A stretch of DNA of 64,000 nt from Patescibacteria group bacterium (GTDB lineage: Bacteria > Patescibacteriota > Minisyncoccia > JAHIHE01 > JAGLIN01). Both the position numbers and the translations under genes were made by a program. How positions within the stretch are numbered: the first letter of the stretch is position 1; each line of letters begins with the position of its first letter. Below are positions 39,006-48,881 of the stretch, piece after piece. The notes below the pieces were generated by a model. That model saw only the letters and a program-made list of their open reading frames with translations. It was not told the DNA's origin and searched no databases. The DNA is taken from positions 12,478-76,477 of the forward strand of contig JARGGI010000002.1 in assembly GCA_029210775.1 (NCBI GenBank). The letters run 5' to 3'.

Positions 39006-40442
39006 TCATTTCTTTACTACAATCATAGCAATTCTAATTTTCTCTATCTTCTTATGAAAACCAGTTGGATAATCAAGTAAAGCATTTTCTAAAATGTCCT
39101 CATCATAACGATATTTTTCTCCGTTTCTTGTGCCTGGATCATTTGTTATAAATTCACTTGTGGAAAAATCATATCCCATAACGACAAGATAGTGCGTTAC
39201 TGGCCCTGGTGACGTATAGTTGGGATTATAAAGCAATTGACCATGAGTCGGAACTAAAATCAGATTTCCACGAAGGAGTTCTTTTTTTATATCTTCTTTA
39301 TCAACGTCATACCTAACTTCTATATTATCATATTTAAAATAACCTCTGAAAATAACCTCTGAAACATCAAAAGCAGAAGCATCGTGAAATGTTCCAATAG
39401 CTTCTACTTCATATGTAGAAATTTTATCAATTTCACTGTCTACATATTTTGAATCAAGTTTTTTGCCATCAACCCACGCCATAGCCATAATCGCTGCCAC
39501 TTCTTCACAGCCATCTTGTTTTCTTGGATCATCCCAATTTCCATATGGAGCTTGAGATGAAAAAGGAACATCAAGCAAAACATTTTTTTCTTCAGTAGTT
39601 TCTCTATCATTTGGATCGTCTTTGATGTCCTCATTATCAAGAAGCAAATTTTCATTTTCATCTTTTGAAACTGGAATATTATTTTCTTTTTGTAATTCCC
39701 CTAAAGAATCTTTAAAAATTATATCATCATTTTGATTCTCATCCTCTAAAATTTCATAATCATCTTGAATATCCCAACTGTTTTTACCATCTCCTGAAAT
39801 TGGAATTTTCTCCCCCAAAAACTTTGGCTTAGTGTGAAAATTTACATTCAAAAAAGCTTTTACTTTTGAAAATATTTCTCGCACTTTATTATAACCGATA
39901 TTAGCATACAAATTTCTATCAGCGCTAAAACCATAAGTTTCTATGCCAAGTCTCTTCCCAATATAAACAGCTCTTGGTAAGTGAAAATTCTGTGTGGAAA
40001 TTGTTACTGATGAGATTTCAAAGATTTCTTTTGCTCGATATAAACTGTCATAAGTGTCAAAGCCTGCGTGATCTAAAAAAATATTTTCACTTTCAACTCC
40101 TTTTTTCAATAAATAGTCCTTTGCCGTATTTACTTCGTCATAATCTTTTTTCCCGTGATCACCGCTTATCAAAATTTTTTTTGCTTTTCCATTTTGATAT
40201 AAATCAAATGCGGTCTCAACGCGATCTTGAAACATACCACTCATAACACCTTGGTCATATACTTTTGCACCCAAAACAAGAACAACTTCTGTCTCTGGTA
40301 AGTCATTTATATTTTGAAAAATATAAGAATCACTATTTTGCCCAATATAAAAATTTATTGCTAAAATGGCAAATATCGTTGCTATCATTCCTATTCCAAA
40401 GAAAAGAAATGTTTTTTTATTACGAAAATTTATTTTTTTCAT
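39006..40442 (-). CDS. SanA/YdcF (DUF218) domain fused to a C39-like cysteine peptidase
   Basis: VLVLGA, ISGDHG, DHAGFDTYDS and FHLPRA; then VPFSSQAP..DGCEE..HYLVVMGYD..NDPG. Confidence 0.85.
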   Translation of the reverse strand: MKKINFRNKKTFLFFGIGMIATIFAILAINFYIGQNSDSYIFQNINDLPETEVVLVLGAKVYDQGVMSGMFQDRVETAFDLYQNGKAKKILISGDHGKKDYDEVNTAKDYLLKKGVESENIFLDHAGFDTYDSLYRAKEIFEISSVTISTQNFHLPRAVYIGKRLGIETYGFSADRNLYANIGYNKVREIFSKVKAFLNVNFHTKPKFLGEKIPISGDGKNSWDIQDDYEILEDENQNDDIIFKDSLGELQKENNIPVSKDENENLLLDNEDIKDDPNDRETTEEKNVLLDVPFSSQAPYGNWDDPRKQDGCEEVAAIMAMAWVDGKKLDSKYVDSEIDKISTYEVEAIGTFHDASAFDVSEVIFRGYFKYDNIEVRYDVDKEDIKKELLRGNLILVPTHGQLLYNPNYTSPGPVTHYLVVMGYDFSTSEFITNDPGTRNGEKYRYDEDILENALLDYPTGFHKKIEKIRIAMIVVKK

Positions 40443-40493
40443 AAACCAAACAATAATGATTTGAAACTAAACTTAAATTTTTTATGCTAAGGA

Positions 40494-43061
40494 CTATCTC
40501 AACAACTCTATACCCTTCTTCATACAAATATATTTTACAACTTCAAACCAAATAATACTTAAGATTCCAGCAGATAGAGCAATTATTATATCATGCGGAT
40601 GCATAAAATCAAAATGGAAAATATCTCGTAGTGACGGATAATAGAGAGCGACAGAAAGAAAAAGTGTCGCACCCAAAAGCACTGCCGAAAGAGCTTTATT
40701 TTTATTTCTAAACGAAGAAATTATATTCTTTGACCAAGAACGATTTGTTAAAATTAGAAATATATTAGAGATGATCAAAGTCACAAATGCTAAAGCTCTT
40801 GCCTCTCCTTCTGTCTGTCCAATTTTAAGCGCTATCAAAAACACCAAAGCCACTGCCAACAATGAAAATAATCCTTGCAATAAACTCAAAAATAATATAT
40901 TTTTACCAAAAAGTGAATTTTTAGGATTTCTTGGAAACCGCTTCATTATATTTTCTTCTTCTTTTTCTGCTTCAAAAACAATTGAGCAAGCTGGATCAAT
41001 TATAAGTTCCAGAAAAACAATGTGAACAGGATAAAGAACAATCGGCCAACCAAATAAAACTGGAAAAAATGATATTCCAGCAATTGGAATGTGAACGCTT
41101 ACAATATAAGCCATCGCTTTTTTCAAATTATCATAGACTCTTCTCCCAGTTTTCACCGCCTCAACTATGGTTGAAAAATTATCATCAAGAAGAACAAGCC
41201 CAGAAGATTCTCTTGCCACATCAGTTCCTCGCTCTCCCATTGCAACTCCAATATGTGAAGATTTGAGAGCTGGAGCGTCATTCACTCCGTCACCAGTCAT
41301 TGCCACAATTTCTCCATTTGATTTAAGCGCATTCACAATAAATAATTTTTGCTCAGGAACAACTCTGGAAAATATGTTTATTTTTTTAATCTTTTCTTGC
41401 AACTCAAATGGATTCATTTTTTCAAGTTCAGCTCCCGTAATTGCTTGATCGGAATTTTTTAGTCCGATTTGTTTGGCGATATTTTGAGCAGTTGAGGAAT
41501 AATCCCCAGTAATCATTATCACGCGAATTCCAGCACTATAACATTTTCTGATTGCATCTGGAACAGAATTTCTAATAGGATCAGCAAGTCCAATTAATCC
41601 TATAAACTCAAAGTCAAAATCATGTTGTGAGGAAGGAAGTTTCTCATTTTCACAATAAGACTTTGCAACGCCAATTACTCGCAAACCATCAAGCGCCATC
41701 TTGTCAACGCATTTCATTATCTTTTCCTTTTTAATTAAATCAAAATGGCACAAATCAATTATAGCTTCTGCCGCTCCCTTCGCCGAAACCGTGCAACCAT
41801 CTTTCTCATTCATTCCCCAAACATGAGAAAGAGCAAGCAATTCTCTTGAAAGAGGATATTCTTTTTCAAGCACCCATTTTTTATGAACATGTTCTGTGTT
41901 ATATAAAATCTTTTTTCCCAATTCATTTAATGCTTTTTCCATCGGATCAAACGGATCTTTTTTGCTCGCCAACATTCCATATTCAATAAGCTCATGAAAA
42001 TTTTCTGATAACTTATTTTTATTATCTTTTTCCAAATCACAAAATTCACTTCCATTATAAATCTTTTTGATGGACATTTTATTTTGTGTCAAAGTTCCAG
42101 TCTTATCAACGCATAAAACAGTTGCTGCTCCCAAGATCTCAACCGCTGAGATTTTTCTTGCTAAAACTTTTTTCTGAGCAATTCTCCAAGCGCCAAGAGC
42201 CAAAAATATCGTCAAGACAACTGGAAATTCTTCTGGAAGCATTGCCATCGCCAAAGTAATCCCTGACAAAATCCCAGTAAGCCAGTCCCCTCTTTGAAAT
42301 CCATAAAACAAGACAATTGAAAGACAAAGAATAACAACTATAGCAAAAATATCTCTAACAATTTTTTTAGTTTGTTTTTGAAGAGGCGTTTGCTCATCCT
42401 TGATGCTCTCCAAAGCTTTACCAATTTTTCCCATCTCAGTTTTAATTCCAGTTGCAACAACGCGAGAAATCGCCTGTCCCTGAACCACTAAGCTACCTGA
42501 AAATAAAAAAAGTAGATCGTCCCTTTCTAATTTGTTATATTTTTCATCTTCATTTTCCGCAGAATTTTTTCTGACAGGCACTGACTCTCCAGTTAAAAGA
42601 GATTCATCGACAAGCACATTCCTTTCCCACAAAATCACCACATCGGCTGGAACCCTGTCTCCTTCATTTAAAATTATAATATCATCAATGACAATTTCTC
42701 TCCCTGCAATTCTTGAGTGTTTTCCATCTCTAATAACCAATGCTCGAGGACTCGACATATTTTTCAACGCATCCAACGCTTTTTCGGTTTTATTTTCCTG
42801 GTAGACAGTAATCCCAATCACAACAAAAACAAATCCTAAAAGCAAAATTGCTTCTTGAACATCTCCCAATAACAAATATACCAATCCTGCCAAAACTAAA
42901 AGCAAAAACATTGGTTCTTTAAAAACTTCAAAAATAATTTTTTTTATATTTCTTTTTTCAGAAGATGGAAGCTCATTATAGCCATCTTTTTTTAATCTAT
43001 CTTTAACTTCAGTGATAGAAAGACCTTTTAAATTTTTTATTTCAGATTCTGATAAAGACAT
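40494..43061 (-). CDS. Cation-transporting P-type ATPase
   Basis: TGES, PEEFP, DKTGTLT, TGD and MTGDGVNDAPAL motifs. Confidence 0.96.
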   Translation of the reverse strand: MSLSESEIKNLKGLSITEVKDRLKKDGYNELPSSEKRNIKKIIFEVFKEPMFLLLVLAGLVYLLLGDVQEAILLLGFVFVVIGITVYQENKTEKALDALKNMSSPRALVIRDGKHSRIAGREIVIDDIIILNEGDRVPADVVILWERNVLVDESLLTGESVPVRKNSAENEDEKYNKLERDDLLFLFSGSLVVQGQAISRVVATGIKTEMGKIGKALESIKDEQTPLQKQTKKIVRDIFAIVVILCLSIVLFYGFQRGDWLTGILSGITLAMAMLPEEFPVVLTIFLALGAWRIAQKKVLARKISAVEILGAATVLCVDKTGTLTQNKMSIKKIYNGSEFCDLEKDNKNKLSENFHELIEYGMLASKKDPFDPMEKALNELGKKILYNTEHVHKKWVLEKEYPLSRELLALSHVWGMNEKDGCTVSAKGAAEAIIDLCHFDLIKKEKIMKCVDKMALDGLRVIGVAKSYCENEKLPSSQHDFDFEFIGLIGLADPIRNSVPDAIRKCYSAGIRVIMITGDYSSTAQNIAKQIGLKNSDQAITGAELEKMNPFELQEKIKKINIFSRVVPEQKLFIVNALKSNGEIVAMTGDGVNDAPALKSSHIGVAMGERGTDVARESSGLVLLDDNFSTIVEAVKTGRRVYDNLKKAMAYIVSVHIPIAGISFFPVLFGWPIVLYPVHIVFLELIIDPACSIVFEAEKEEENIMKRFPRNPKNSLFGKNILFLSLLQGLFSLLAVALVFLIALKIGQTEGEARALAFVTLIISNIFLILTNRSWSKNIISSFRNKNKALSAVLLGATLFLSVALYYPSLRDIFHFDFMHPHDIIIALSAGILSIIWFEVVKYICMKKGIELLR

Positions 43062-43233
43062 AGGATTAAATTGTTAAATTATTAAATTGTTATTCTCAGT
43101 GATTTGGTTTCGTTGATTACTTTCAAAACATCACCTATATTCTATCAAAATAAACTGATTCTGAACATTGACATATTTTTTTTATTTTTTATAATATTAT
43201 TGTCTAAAAAAAATCTAATTTTTAAATAAAAAT

Positions 43234-44235
43234 ATGCAAAATCCAAATAAAAAAATAATAACTCTTGTTTTATCACTTGCTTTTTTTAATCTTATTGCGT
43301 GGACCGGTTTTTCATTTTATAACCACGATCAAAATCAAAAATTACAAAATATAAACAATAAATTAGACTCGTTTGAGAATAAATGGGTTTCAAAACAACA
43401 ATTTGACGCTTTAGTTGAAAAATCAAAAAAATCAAGCAACGAGCTTGATAGCCTAATGGAAGCTTTTGCCGAAATTCAAAACAAGCCAAAAGAAATTATT
43501 CGCCAAGAAATTATTAAGCAAAAGTCACAGGACGAAATTCTGACTGAAGCAGTGCAAAAAATAACCCCAACTGTAGTTTCAATTGTTATAACAAAAGATG
43601 TGCCACAACTTGAAATTGTTTATATCAATCCTTTCGGAGATGATCCATTTTTTCAAGATTTTGACATCAAAGTTCCAAGATATAGACAAAAAGGAACTGA
43701 AGAAAAGAAAGTGGGAGCAGGAACAGGATTTCTGATAAATAAAAACGGTTATATATTAACAAACAAGCATGTTGTCAATGACGAAGAAGCAAAATATACA
43801 GCTCTTCTTTCTGACGGAAGTCAAAAATCAGCTATCGTAATTTATAAAGATGAAAAAATTGATATAGCCATAATCAAAGTTGAAGGGAGTGGATTTTCAC
43901 ATGTTCAATTCGGTGATTCAGACTCTCTCAAGCTTGGACAATCTGTTTTTGCCGTAGGAAATGCACTTGGAGAATATAGTAATTCCGTATCCACTGGAAT
44001 AATCTCAGGACTAAATCGAGATCTCACTGCATCAGGATCAATAGGAAGCGAAAAATTAGAAGGCGTAATTCAAACCGATGCTGCCATTAATCCCGGAAAT
44101 TCCGGCGGACCACTTGTAACATTAGAAGGGAAAGTTATTGGAGTTAATGTCGCTACAGTAATAGGATCAAATAATATCAGCTTTTCAATACCAATAAATG
44201 AAATAAAGAAAATTATAAATTCAGTAATTAAATAG
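43234..44235 (+). CDS. HtrA/DegP-like trypsin serine protease without PDZ domain
   Basis: TNKHVV, DIA and INPGNSGGPL motifs; TM plus coiled coil at the N-terminus. Confidence 0.92.
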   Translation: MQNPNKKIITLVLSLAFFNLIAWTGFSFYNHDQNQKLQNINNKLDSFENKWVSKQQFDALVEKSKKSSNELDSLMEAFAEIQNKPKEIIRQEIIKQKSQDEILTEAVQKITPTVVSIVITKDVPQLEIVYINPFGDDPFFQDFDIKVPRYRQKGTEEKKVGAGTGFLINKNGYILTNKHVVNDEEAKYTALLSDGSQKSAIVIYKDEKIDIAIIKVEGSGFSHVQFGDSDSLKLGQSVFAVGNALGEYSNSVSTGIISGLNRDLTASGSIGSEKLEGVIQTDAAINPGNSGGPLVTLEGKVIGVNVATVIGSNNISFSIPINEIKKIINSVIK

Positions 44236-44343
44236 TTTATCCAAATAAACAAAAAACAATAAGCAACCCAAAAAGAACTATTCTTTATTAGAAAAAAATT
44301 ATTGAAAATAAATTGTTAGATACTATTATGATCCTAAAATGTC

Positions 44344-44742
44344 CTATTCGCTCGTCACTCCATCAAACTCAGCTCCGTTGTCTTCTGCCTCTTTCTTTGT
44401 AGCCCTAATGACACCATCTTTATGATGCGCTGGAGAATAGATTGTATAGAGTTTCAAATCTTCTGTATCTGACATATTGATAACATTATGTTCAGCGCCA
44501 GTAGGCACAACAATTGCAGAGCCATCGCCAACTTCATATTCGTTTCCATCAATAATCACTTTTCCAATCCCCTTTTCAAAACGGAAAAATTGATCATTTT
44601 CAGAATGAACCTCCATACCAATTTCCTCATTTGGTTTCAAGCTCATCAAAACTAACTGGCTATGTTTTGATGTGTATAACACCTTGCGAAAATTATCGTT
44701 TTTTAAGGTGTCTTTTTCAATATTTGCACTAAATCCTTTCAT
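44344..44742 (-). CDS. Cupin domain protein
   Basis: EIGMEVH..DQFFRFEKG and VPTGAEHNV motifs. Confidence 0.9.
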   Translation of the reverse strand: MKGFSANIEKDTLKNDNFRKVLYTSKHSQLVLMSLKPNEEIGMEVHSENDQFFRFEKGIGKVIIDGNEYEVGDGSAIVVPTGAEHNVINMSDTEDLKLYTIYSPAHHKDGVIRATKKEAEDNGAEFDGVTSE

Positions 44743-45029
44743 ATATTTAAAGTTAATTATTAACCTATTTTAATTTTAACAGAATTAACTTTACTTGTAA
44801 AATAAAAACACATAAGCGCGTGTTTTGAAATATTAGGAAATTGAAGATTAATTTTTATTTATCATTGGGTCCATGGTGAAACGAAGCGAAGGAATTGCTT
44901 TTTATCTCACATGATTACTCGATATAATTACATTTAACCAAAAGAAATTCTCTAACCCCTTCCCTGTTTGAATCCCAACATTTTTATCAAAATAAAAAAT
45001 ACATACAAAAAAGTATGTAGTTTTTTATT

Positions 45030-45119
45030 TGGCGGAGAGGGAGGGATTCGAACCCTCGAGACCTTTGACAGCCTACCACCTTTCCAAGGTGGCGCACTCG
45101 GCCACTATGCGACCTCTCC
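45030..45119 (-). tRNA. tRNA-Ser(GGA), intact, CCA encoded
   Basis: GGAGAGGTCGCATAGTGGCCGAGTGCGCCACCTTGGAAAGGTGGTAGGCTGTCAAAGGTCTCGAGGGTTCGAATCCCTCCCTCTCCGCCA; long variable arm. Confidence 0.95.
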
Positions 45120-45138
45120 AATATGTTTATTTCCAATT

Positions 45139-45393
45139 TTAATCAATTAAACTTTTAGTTAATCTTTTTCTTAAATCCTTTCTGCCATCGCTACTTTTCA
45201 GATATTTTTCTCTGGCGAGCATTTCTTCTTTAAAATTATACGCTTCATAGCAAATTAAATTTACTGGTAATCTATTTTTTGTTGATTTAACCTTGCCATT
45301 TTTATGCTCATTTATTCTTCTTATTAAATCTTCTGATGAACCAACATAAAAATTTTTATCTTTAAGGCTTATCAATATATAAACATAATACAT
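45139..45393 (-). CDS. Stand-alone GIY-YIG nuclease (84 aa)
   Basis: MYYVYIL...FYVGSSEDLIRRINEH...AREKYLKS; the track's longer start simply reads through the pseudo-tRNA. Confidence 0.9.
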   Translation of the reverse strand: MYYVYILISLKDKNFYVGSSEDLIRRINEHKNGKVKSTKNRLPVNLICYEAYNFKEEMLAREKYLKSSDGRKDLRKRLTKSLID

Positions 45394-45412
45394 AATGTAT
45401 AAAATTAACAGT

Positions 45413-45544
45413 GATTCTCCCAGCATTCGCTGGGCGTCCGGCGTATGCCGGACGAACCCTCGAGACCTTTGACAGCCTACCACCTTTCCAAGGTGGCGCA
45501 CTTTTGTCCGTCGAATGACTGGACGACCACTATGCGACCTCTCC
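45413..45544 (-). pseudogene. Second tRNA-Ser(GGA) copy with hairpin insertions in the D- and T-loops and no 3' acceptor strand
   Basis: Matches 45030-45119 apart from one substitution, a 21-nt insert (45503-45523) and a 36-nt insert (45418-45453); similarity ends after GAATC. Confidence 0.88.
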
Positions 45545-45620
45545 AAATTAACTTATAACCGATAACTTATAACTAATAATAAATTAAATATATAACTATT
45601 TTTGTAATTTGTAAACAAAA

Positions 45621-45646
45621 CAGAGACGCGATTAATCGCGTCTCTG
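45621..45646. terminator. Perfect palindrome (REP-like or terminator) downstream of the cohesin gene
   Basis: cagagacgcgattaatcgcgtctctg. Confidence 0.65.
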
Positions 45647-45677
45647 CGGTAAATAAATTTGAATTTTAGAAATTTTA

Positions 45678-47408
45678 TTATATCTCTTTCTCTATATCTT
45701 CAATCTCTTTTCTAATGAAATTTTCAGCGATTTTCAGATTATCTTTAAACTTTTTCTTAATTTTTTTCTCTTCTTTAGTTAATTTGCGCTTAGAGCCGAT
45801 TTTTTCAAGACTCTCAAGCTGTTCAGCCATATCTTCATAGAGAGCGCTAAAAGATTTTTCCAGGATATCTTCCGCCTCGTGAACTTCTTTTCTTAGTTTT
45901 CTTTTTGATAACTTTACTTTTTTAATCATAAATAATACAAAGAAAGATAGAAATAAGAGCGAGCTAATAAGAACTGAAATAACAACCATCAAATCTTTTA
46001 CAATGATTTTCAATTTGCTTAAATTAGATTCTTGGACTGAAATAAAAATTTCTTTGGATTTTTCAGTTTTAAGTCCAAGTTCATTAACGGCTTCTATCCA
46101 TAGTTTGTAAACCCCGGTTTCTAATTTATGCTCTTCAATAAAAACAAAATTTCCATACTCATTAGCATTTATTTTATGGGAAACAGGCATTTCCGTGTTT
46201 TTTTGAGTCCAAATTTCTAAAGAGGCGTTTGGATAAGTGCTGCCTTTAACAACAAGAAAGCTGTTTGTGGTCAATTCTGATGAATATTCTTTTATCTTAG
46301 GAGGATCAAGGGCTTTAATCTCAATTTCTTTAAAATCCGCGATAAAATTTCCGGCATTGTCAAAAACTTTTACAGCAATGTTATGTTTTCCCGGATCAAG
46401 AATGGGCAAATCATAAGTCTTGGATTCACTATCCGGAAAAAGTAGCGTTTCATAATTATCTATTTTTACTTCAAAACGATTTATTCCCGAAAGATCATCG
46501 TTGGCTGAGAATTTTGCTTTCAGCCCTTCTTTTAAAAGTTCTTCTTTTGAAGAAAAGTTTATTATAAAATCAGTTGGCACTTTTGTATCAACATTAAACC
46601 TAAAATGGCTTATAGCTCCCCAGCCGCTTACATTTTTAAGGCGAAGATGAAAATATCCGATACCATCTTCAATGTTTTTAAATTGCTTTTCCGAAACCAA
46701 GCCATCGGAGATAGAACCAGGATTTGATAAGGGTTGATCATTAATTAAAAAACTTACTCCGGTTATATCATTTGTTATCGCCCATAAAAACTTCGGACTT
46801 TCATTATTATACCACTCATTCGGATTAGGATGAGTTGAGGAATAAACTATCGGAGCGGGCGGAGTTTTGGCGCTTGAAGAGGGAGTGGTAGAAACAGGAG
46901 GAGTTGGAGTAGAAACTACCGATTCAATATTAAATCTTGCGTTGCTGAAACCGGAAAAAATGTTAGTTCCCTTGCCGTCATTCGCTAAAATAGACCCCGA
47001 CGAAAAACTGACCACGGCATCGCCGGCCGCTTTGGTTGTAAAATTTATGGAAATCATTTTTCCAGCCGAACCGGTAAAGCCAGGATTTAAAACGATTCCT
47101 TCAAAACTTACCGTTCTGGCGCTATTAGAAAAAGACGGCTCCTGCGTCCATAAATTGACGACAGAACCGCTTTTTGAAATTGATACTACGCTTAACTTGT
47201 CTGTTGGAAACAAAATAGTGCCTTGTGCGGCGTTCATTGCTTGTTCTGCGCTTGATACAAAAACATTGACCGTAAAACTTTGCCCTATTTTATAGGATCC
47301 CGAAGCAGGCGAGAGATATAAAGAAGCACCCGTTGCTAAACTTTCAGAAGAATAAAACAGCTGTGCGATAAATAACGCAAAAATCAAAATTATTGTTTTT
47401 ATTTTCAT
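45678..47408 (-). CDS. Cohesin-domain surface protein with Ig-like stalk, C-terminal TM and cytoplasmic coiled coil
   Basis: ASLYLSPASGSYKIGQSFTVNV..MNAAQGTILFP..LW..EP..ILANDGKGT is cohesin-like; P/T/S linker; TM near residue 480. Confidence 0.8.
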   Translation of the reverse strand: MKIKTIILIFALFIAQLFYSSESLATGASLYLSPASGSYKIGQSFTVNVFVSSAEQAMNAAQGTILFPTDKLSVVSISKSGSVVNLWTQEPSFSNSARTVSFEGIVLNPGFTGSAGKMISINFTTKAAGDAVVSFSSGSILANDGKGTNIFSGFSNARFNIESVVSTPTPPVSTTPSSSAKTPPAPIVYSSTHPNPNEWYNNESPKFLWAITNDITGVSFLINDQPLSNPGSISDGLVSEKQFKNIEDGIGYFHLRLKNVSGWGAISHFRFNVDTKVPTDFIINFSSKEELLKEGLKAKFSANDDLSGINRFEVKIDNYETLLFPDSESKTYDLPILDPGKHNIAVKVFDNAGNFIADFKEIEIKALDPPKIKEYSSELTTNSFLVVKGSTYPNASLEIWTQKNTEMPVSHKINANEYGNFVFIEEHKLETGVYKLWIEAVNELGLKTEKSKEIFISVQESNLSKLKIIVKDLMVVISVLISSLLFLSFFVLFMIKKVKLSKRKLRKEVHEAEDILEKSFSALYEDMAEQLESLEKIGSKRKLTKEEKKIKKKFKDNLKIAENFIRKEIEDIEKEI

Positions 47409-47484
47409 AATTAAGTTTTATGTATTTGTCTAAACATTGTATTTTAAAATCTCCCGAATTATTATCTATCATTAAAGTCTACTC

Positions 47485-47524
47485 AGCAATTTTCCCTCTT
47501 CCCGCGGGGAGAGGGAGAATTGCT
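47485..47524. repeat. GC-rich hairpin between the two cohesin genes
   Basis: agcaattttccctcttcccgcggggagagggagaattgct. Confidence 0.6.
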
Positions 47525-47575
47525 TGGCAAGCTTGGTGATGGAATATAGTTTAATGTGGTTCAAAGGGATAATTT

Positions 47576-48478
47576 CTATTTTCTTTTTCTATTTTTATTA
47601 TAAAGATATTTCGCAAAAATTACAATAATAATTATTAATAATAATAATAAAATGCTAAAAAATAATATTTCTTTTTTAAATTTATCTCCATCTGTTTCCG
47701 CTTTTTCCATGGGAATAATTTCTGTTCTAATATTACCAGCTTTATCAATAGCTCTTACTTTTATCTCTTCATTCAACCTTTGATTTTTTAAAAGATAGGG
47801 GCTTTGCGCGATCCTGAACAGCTCATTCCCCTCGCTTATTTCATAATAATCAATTCCGGAATTCTTGTCTTGAGTGGAAAAAATCAAAAAATAATTGCCG
47901 GCATATATTTCATCAGAACGAGTTATAATCGGCGTAAACGGTTCGGGTGGAATATTTTCAGTAAACTTCAGCATTGGCGTATCTTCTTCTGAAAATTTAC
48001 TTATAATTTTCGCGGAAGAAAATAGAGTTTTTGCTTCAGTTCCTTCGCCGTCATTTAATAAAACCAAAGAATCGTCTTTTATCACAATTTCAGCATCCCC
48101 TTCTTTTAAACTCTCAAAATATAAAACCATCAATAATCCCTTCTCTTCGCTGTATCCTCCTGGAATGATACCCTGAAAAGAAAATATCCCGTTATTATTT
48201 TTCGGCTCTTTTATCCAAAGATTAATAATTGAATTGCCATTGCTCCAGTCTTTCAGCTTCAAAAATTTAACGGGATATTCTATATTTATATCAATAGCAT
48301 TAATCGCCTCATTTTTTTCAGTGGATATAAAAATCTGAACTTTTTTAACTGAATTAATAGTGGTGCTTATTTCCCGCGGTTCAAAAAACAACTCCGCCGC
48401 CTTCGCTTCGCTCAACACACTAAAAAACATAAATATTAACACTAAACATTTAAACTTGAAACATAAAACTTGAAACAT
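47576..48478 (-). CDS. Cohesin-domain surface protein with Ig-like domain and C-terminal TM
   Basis: AELFFEP..INAIDINIEYP..SIINLWIKEP..GIIPGG..VLLNDGEGT; DKNSGIDYYE..VRAIDKAGN; TM plus basic tail. Confidence 0.8.
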   Translation of the reverse strand: MFQVLCFKFKCLVLIFMFFSVLSEAKAAELFFEPREISTTINSVKKVQIFISTEKNEAINAIDINIEYPVKFLKLKDWSNGNSIINLWIKEPKNNNGIFSFQGIIPGGYSEEKGLLMVLYFESLKEGDAEIVIKDDSLVLLNDGEGTEAKTLFSSAKIISKFSEEDTPMLKFTENIPPEPFTPIITRSDEIYAGNYFLIFSTQDKNSGIDYYEISEGNELFRIAQSPYLLKNQRLNEEIKVRAIDKAGNIRTEIIPMEKAETDGDKFKKEILFFSILLLLLIIIIVIFAKYLYNKNRKRK

Positions 48479-48483
48479 AAAAC

Positions 48484-48837
48484 TTATTTTAATTTTTTTA
48501 ATATACCCCAGAGCATTGCGCCGATATTTTCGGCTAAATTTATTGCTTTTTTATAATCTTCTTCGGAAATATATTTTTCAACCAATGAAAAATATAAAAG
48601 ATATTTTGATTATTTTAATGAACCATAAAAAATCTCAAGAAAATTTTTGTGGACTTTTTCTCTTCCTCTGGCATAACCTTTAATGTAATTTAAAATGACT
48701 GATAGCATTGATCTTCGTAGTTGAGAGACAACGCCATATAATTCATCTCTAGGAAATTTTTTGGTTAAAGCATAAACAAGATGAACATATTCATCCATCT
48801 CCCTTTTTAATTTTTCATGGTAAGTTTCCTGTTTCAT
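48484..48837 (-). pseudogene. Four-helix-bundle (23S rRNA IVS-like) gene with a premature TAA
   Basis: FPRDELYGVVSQLRRS motif; reads GSLK*SKYLLYFS...IGAMLWGILKKLK* in frame; flanked by 7-nt AAACAT(A/T)/AAACTT(G/A) repeats. Confidence 0.8.
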
Positions 48838-48881
48838 ATTTTGTGTTTTACATTTCGCGCCTCAAGTTTCATGTTTCAAGA

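Noticed and set aside
45394-45546. N-terminal extension of the GIY-YIG ORF in the track
   Set aside because: It is the translation of the pseudo-tRNA; ATG at 45393 gives a canonical GIY-YIG start.
19098-48612. Stop-codon reassignment suggested by in-frame TAA/TAG codons
   Set aside because: Conserved genes terminate at TAA, TAG and TGA and have no internal stops; the interrupted ORFs are better explained as pseudogenes.
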